Source: Heterodontus francisci (Eukaryota). Taken from it: a stretch of DNA of 64,000 nt. Made by a program: the position numbers and the translations under genes. Under the pieces are notes generated by a model. It did not search any database. It had not been told where the DNA came from and saw only the letters and a list, made by a program, of their open reading frames with translations. The first letter of the stretch is position 1; each line of letters begins with the position of its first letter. Where the stretch lies: positions 33,524,623 to 33,588,622 of the forward strand of contig NC_090406.1 in the NCBI RefSeq assembly GCF_036365525.1, in the 5' to 3' direction. Below, in pieces: positions 61,055 through 64,000 of the stretch.

Positions 61055-62882
61055 TACAGTAGCATAGTGGATACATTACTGGGCTAGTAATCCAGAGGCT
61101 TGGACTAATACTCCAGCAATTTGAGTTCAAATCCCACCAAGGCAGCTGGGGAATTTAAATTCAGTTAATTAAATCAACTTGTAATGAAAAGCTAGTATCA
61201 GTAATGATGACCATGAAGCTACTAGATTTTTGTAAACCCATTTGCTTCACTAGTGTTCTATAAAGGAAGGAAATCTCCTGTCTTTACCTGCTCTGGCCTG
61301 TATGTGACTCCAGATTCATAGCAATGTGGTTGACACTGAACTCGTGTCTGAAATGGCCTAGCAAGCCACTATGAAAAAGTCTTAATAAGAATAAAACCAG
61401 ATGCATCACTTGGCATTGACCTAAAAACCGGAAACGATAAAGGCACACCCAGCCCAGTCGAGCCTACAAAGTCCTCCTCACTAATATCAGGGAATGTGTG
61501 TCAAAATTGGGAGAGCTGTCCCACAGACTAGTCAAGCAACAACCTGGCCCAAAATACTGCGGATGCTGGAAATCTGAAATAAAAACAAAGTGCTGGAAAT
61601 ATGCAGCAGGTCTGACAGCATCTGTGGAGAGAGAAACAGTTAACGTTCCAGGTCTGGTGAAAGGTCTCCCCAGATGCTGTCAAACCTGCTGAGTATTTCC
61701 AGCACTTTCTGTTTTGTAACAACCTGACATAATCATACTCACAGAATCTTACCTGACAGCCAATTTTCCAGACTGCTCCATCACCTTCCCCAGGTATGTC
61801 CTGTCCCACCGGCAGGACAGACCCATCAGAGGTGCCAGCACAGTGGTGTACAGTCGGGAGGGAGTGGCCCTGAGAATTCTCAACATTGACTCCGGACCCC
61901 ATGCAGTTTCATGGCATCAGGTCAAAGGTGGGCAAGGAAACCTCCTGCTGATTACCACCGACCGTCTTCTTTCAGCTGATGAATCAATGACTGTCCCTCC
62001 ATGATAAGGTCAGAAGTGAGGATGTTCGCTGGCCATTGCACAGTGTTCAGCACCCTTTGCAACTCCTCAGATAATGAAGAAGTCTGTGCCCACTTGCAGC
62101 AAGATCTGTCAGGCTTGGGCTGATAAGTGGCAAGTAACATTCGCACCATAGAAATGCCAGGCAATGACAATCTTCAACAGGAGTAATTCTAACCATCCCC
62201 CCTTGACATTCAACGGCATTACCATCACTGAATCCCCTACCACCACCACCCTGGGGGGCACCATTGGCCAGAAATTTTACTGGAGCAGCCACATACATAC
62301 TGTGACTAAAAGAGAAAGTCAGTGACTGGGTATTCTGTGGTGAATAACTCACCTGACTCCACAAAGTCAGCATAGCATCTATAAGGCACAATCAGGAGTG
62401 TGATGGAATACTCTCTACGTGCCTGGATGAGGGCCACTCCAACAACATTCAAGAAGCTCGACAACATCCACGATAAAGCAGCCCACTTGATTGACACCCC
62501 ATCCACAAACATAAACATTCACTGCCTCCACAGTGGCAGCAATGTGTACCATCTACAAGATGCATTGCAGCAACTTGCCAAGGCTCTTCGATAACACCAC
62601 CTAAACCCGTGACCTCTACCACCTAGAAGGACAAGATCAACAGATGCATGAGAGCACCGCCACCTACAAGTTCCCCTACAAGTCACACACCATCCTGACT
62701 TGGAACTATATTGCCATTCTTTCGCTGTCACTGGGTCAAAATCCTGGAACTCCCTTCCTTCACTGCAAGGACTGCAACAGTTCAAGAAAGCAGCTCACCG
62801 CCATCTTCTGAAGGGCAATTAGGGATGGGCAACAAATGCTGGCCTTGTCAGGGATGCCCACATCCAATGAACAAATAAAAAT
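61055..62882 (+). mobile_element. Internally deleted CR1/Jockey-group LINE with a tRNA-like 5' head
   Basis: Box A TAGCATAGTGG (61060) and box B GTTCAAATCC (61125). Then APE start (KLGELSHRLVKQQPDIIILTESYL..PGYVLSHRQDRP), a jump near 62005 to post-FADD RT, MEYSL.AW.. and an A-rich tail. Confidence 0.75.
61547..61717. mobile_element. Penelope-derived hairpin insertion with 9-bp TSD
   Basis: Inverted arms AAAGTGCTGGAAATA..CAGCAGG..GACAGCATCTG and CAGATGCTGTC..CCTGCTG..TATTTCCAGCACTTT; AACAACCTG duplicated at 61538-61546 and 61718-61726. Confidence 0.75.
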
Positions 62883-63413
62883 AATGACCTTGACCCTGGA
62901 GTCACATGCAGTCACAAGAGTCCAGTCCTCATAGCCAATTACTCAGTCCTATTTGTGCTTATATTTCTTATTCAAAAGTTTGCTCTTTTTGAACTTTGTG
63001 GGCCTAGAGGTTTAGAAAGGGCTGGTCTCGATGCTGGTGCTTCACTGGTGAACACATTCTAAATCAGAACACCAAGATCTGTTAGTATCAGTAACTTCTG
63101 ATATAGACAAATTAATGGAAACATGGATTTAAAGTTAATATGTGGTGTCTGAGACTCCATTACATGGACCCCGTTTGGTCTAGAAAGGCACAAAGCTGAG
63201 ACACTTCCTGTTGTAGAATGTAGGAAGGCGGAAAGACAGATAGATGAAGACTTCTACAGTTTTGAGGTCCTTAGAAAGAAAGCAGTGGAGTAGGGGCTGA
63301 AGCAATGAGTCTCAATATCAGGGGAGTGGTTGGTTGTCTTGGGGGTTTAGGAGATGTGAAGTCCTGCGAATGAGATCGGAATGCTGACTGTCCAATGTGT
63401 CTGTTCTTTCTAG

Positions 63414-63571
63414 CTCTTCCAGAGAGCAGGTATGTCCATTTTGAATGTGGAGTCATGGTTCGTCTGGGATTTGCAGCTGAGTTTTCAAATATTATGATTA
63501 TTTATACCAGAATAGAACAAACTGGGAAGGACATCATTAAATGTGAAGCCAGACTGGCTAATTTTCCAGAG
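63414..63571 (+). CDS. malt3: Paracaspase Ig3 domain exon
   Basis: ALPESRYVHFECGVMVRLGFAAEFSNIMIIYTRIEQTGKDIIKCEARLANFPE; 158 nt; GAG|GTAAGG donor. Confidence 0.94.
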
Positions 63572-63610
63572 GTAAGGAACAACACTGAAGGCTCCTCAGC
63601 ATTCTTTTTA

Positions 63611-64000
63611 CAAAGTGACTCCTGACGATGCATCCAATGTGCCAACACCATCAGAGTGCTCCCAGCTGTGCACATGCACAGAACGGTCTCTTGCTGTCAG
63701 TAAGGTGCTGCGCATGCGCAGCCTACGTTCTTGCGAGGACCCCTTCGCGCATGTGCGCAAAACCATCATCGCACAGCCGTACTGAAACACTTTCATCCCC
63801 ACCACCTGGCAGGAACCCAACATCCCCCCCACTCCAGGCTCTTGCTTGCGGTATCCCTCCCCTGCCTATCCCTATCTTGCCACTTTCTCTCTCACCCCCA
63901 CTTCCCCTGTGGGGAGCAGGAGCAGGGGGATGGGGGGAGAAGCGGGAGGGAGCGGTGGGGGTGGTGTTGAAGCAGGGAACAAGTGGCTGAGGGAAGGCAG
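63611..64000. mobile_element. Second copy (inverted) of the GC-rich element family at 53975-54992
   Basis: CAAAGTGACTCCTGAC.ATGCA..CATCAGAG..CGGTCTC.TGCT..GCTGCGCATGCGCA.CCTAC..CTTGC.AGGAC is the reverse complement of 54890-54992. Confidence 0.6.

Larger units (their letters stand above)
20102..63571 (+). other. malt3: Paracaspase gene span (MALT1 family, probably PCASP3/malt3); 3' end lies beyond the window
   Basis: 14 phase-compatible exons total 1884 nt with no stop, in the order DD-Ig-Ig-caspase-like-Ig3. Exon lengths 167, 97, 204, 178, 75, 128, 150 and 158 match those I recall for human MALT1. Paralogue assignment is inferred from MRPL54 linkage. Confidence 0.88.

Noticed and set aside
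61060-61135. tRNA gene
   Set aside because: Only box A/B-like motifs are present; I cannot fold a cloverleaf and it continues into a repeat body, so it is a SINE/LINE head.

Overview
Vertebrate genomic DNA. The repeat content (CR1, L2, Deu-domain SINEs, Penelope-like elements) points to a cartilaginous fish, probably a shark. All calls come from manual reading; no database searches were run. On the + strand lie the last two coding exons of mitochondrial ribosomal protein MRPL54 (118-274, 5024-5156). They are followed by a MALT1-family paracaspase, most likely PCASP3/malt3. Fourteen phase-consistent coding exons (20102-63571, 628 codons) encode death domain, Ig1, Ig2, a caspase-like domain with an intact His/Cys dyad and the start of Ig3; the gene runs off the right edge. 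A young, 5'-truncated, polyA-tailed RPS14 retrocopy lies antisense about 1.2 kb upstream of the paracaspase ATG. The rest is repeats: CR1 LINEs (one full-length, one nested CR1-in-CR1 plus Tx1 cluster), L2 LINEs, SINEs, a probable solo LTR, a hAT element with a perfect 8-bp TSD, Penelope-like fragments with minimal hammerhead-ribozyme motifs, a LINE with a tRNA-like head shared with local SINEs, a GC-rich foldback element, and four large intronic tandem arrays (24, 33, 22/66 and 30 bp). These arrays explain the very long ORFs in the ORF track.
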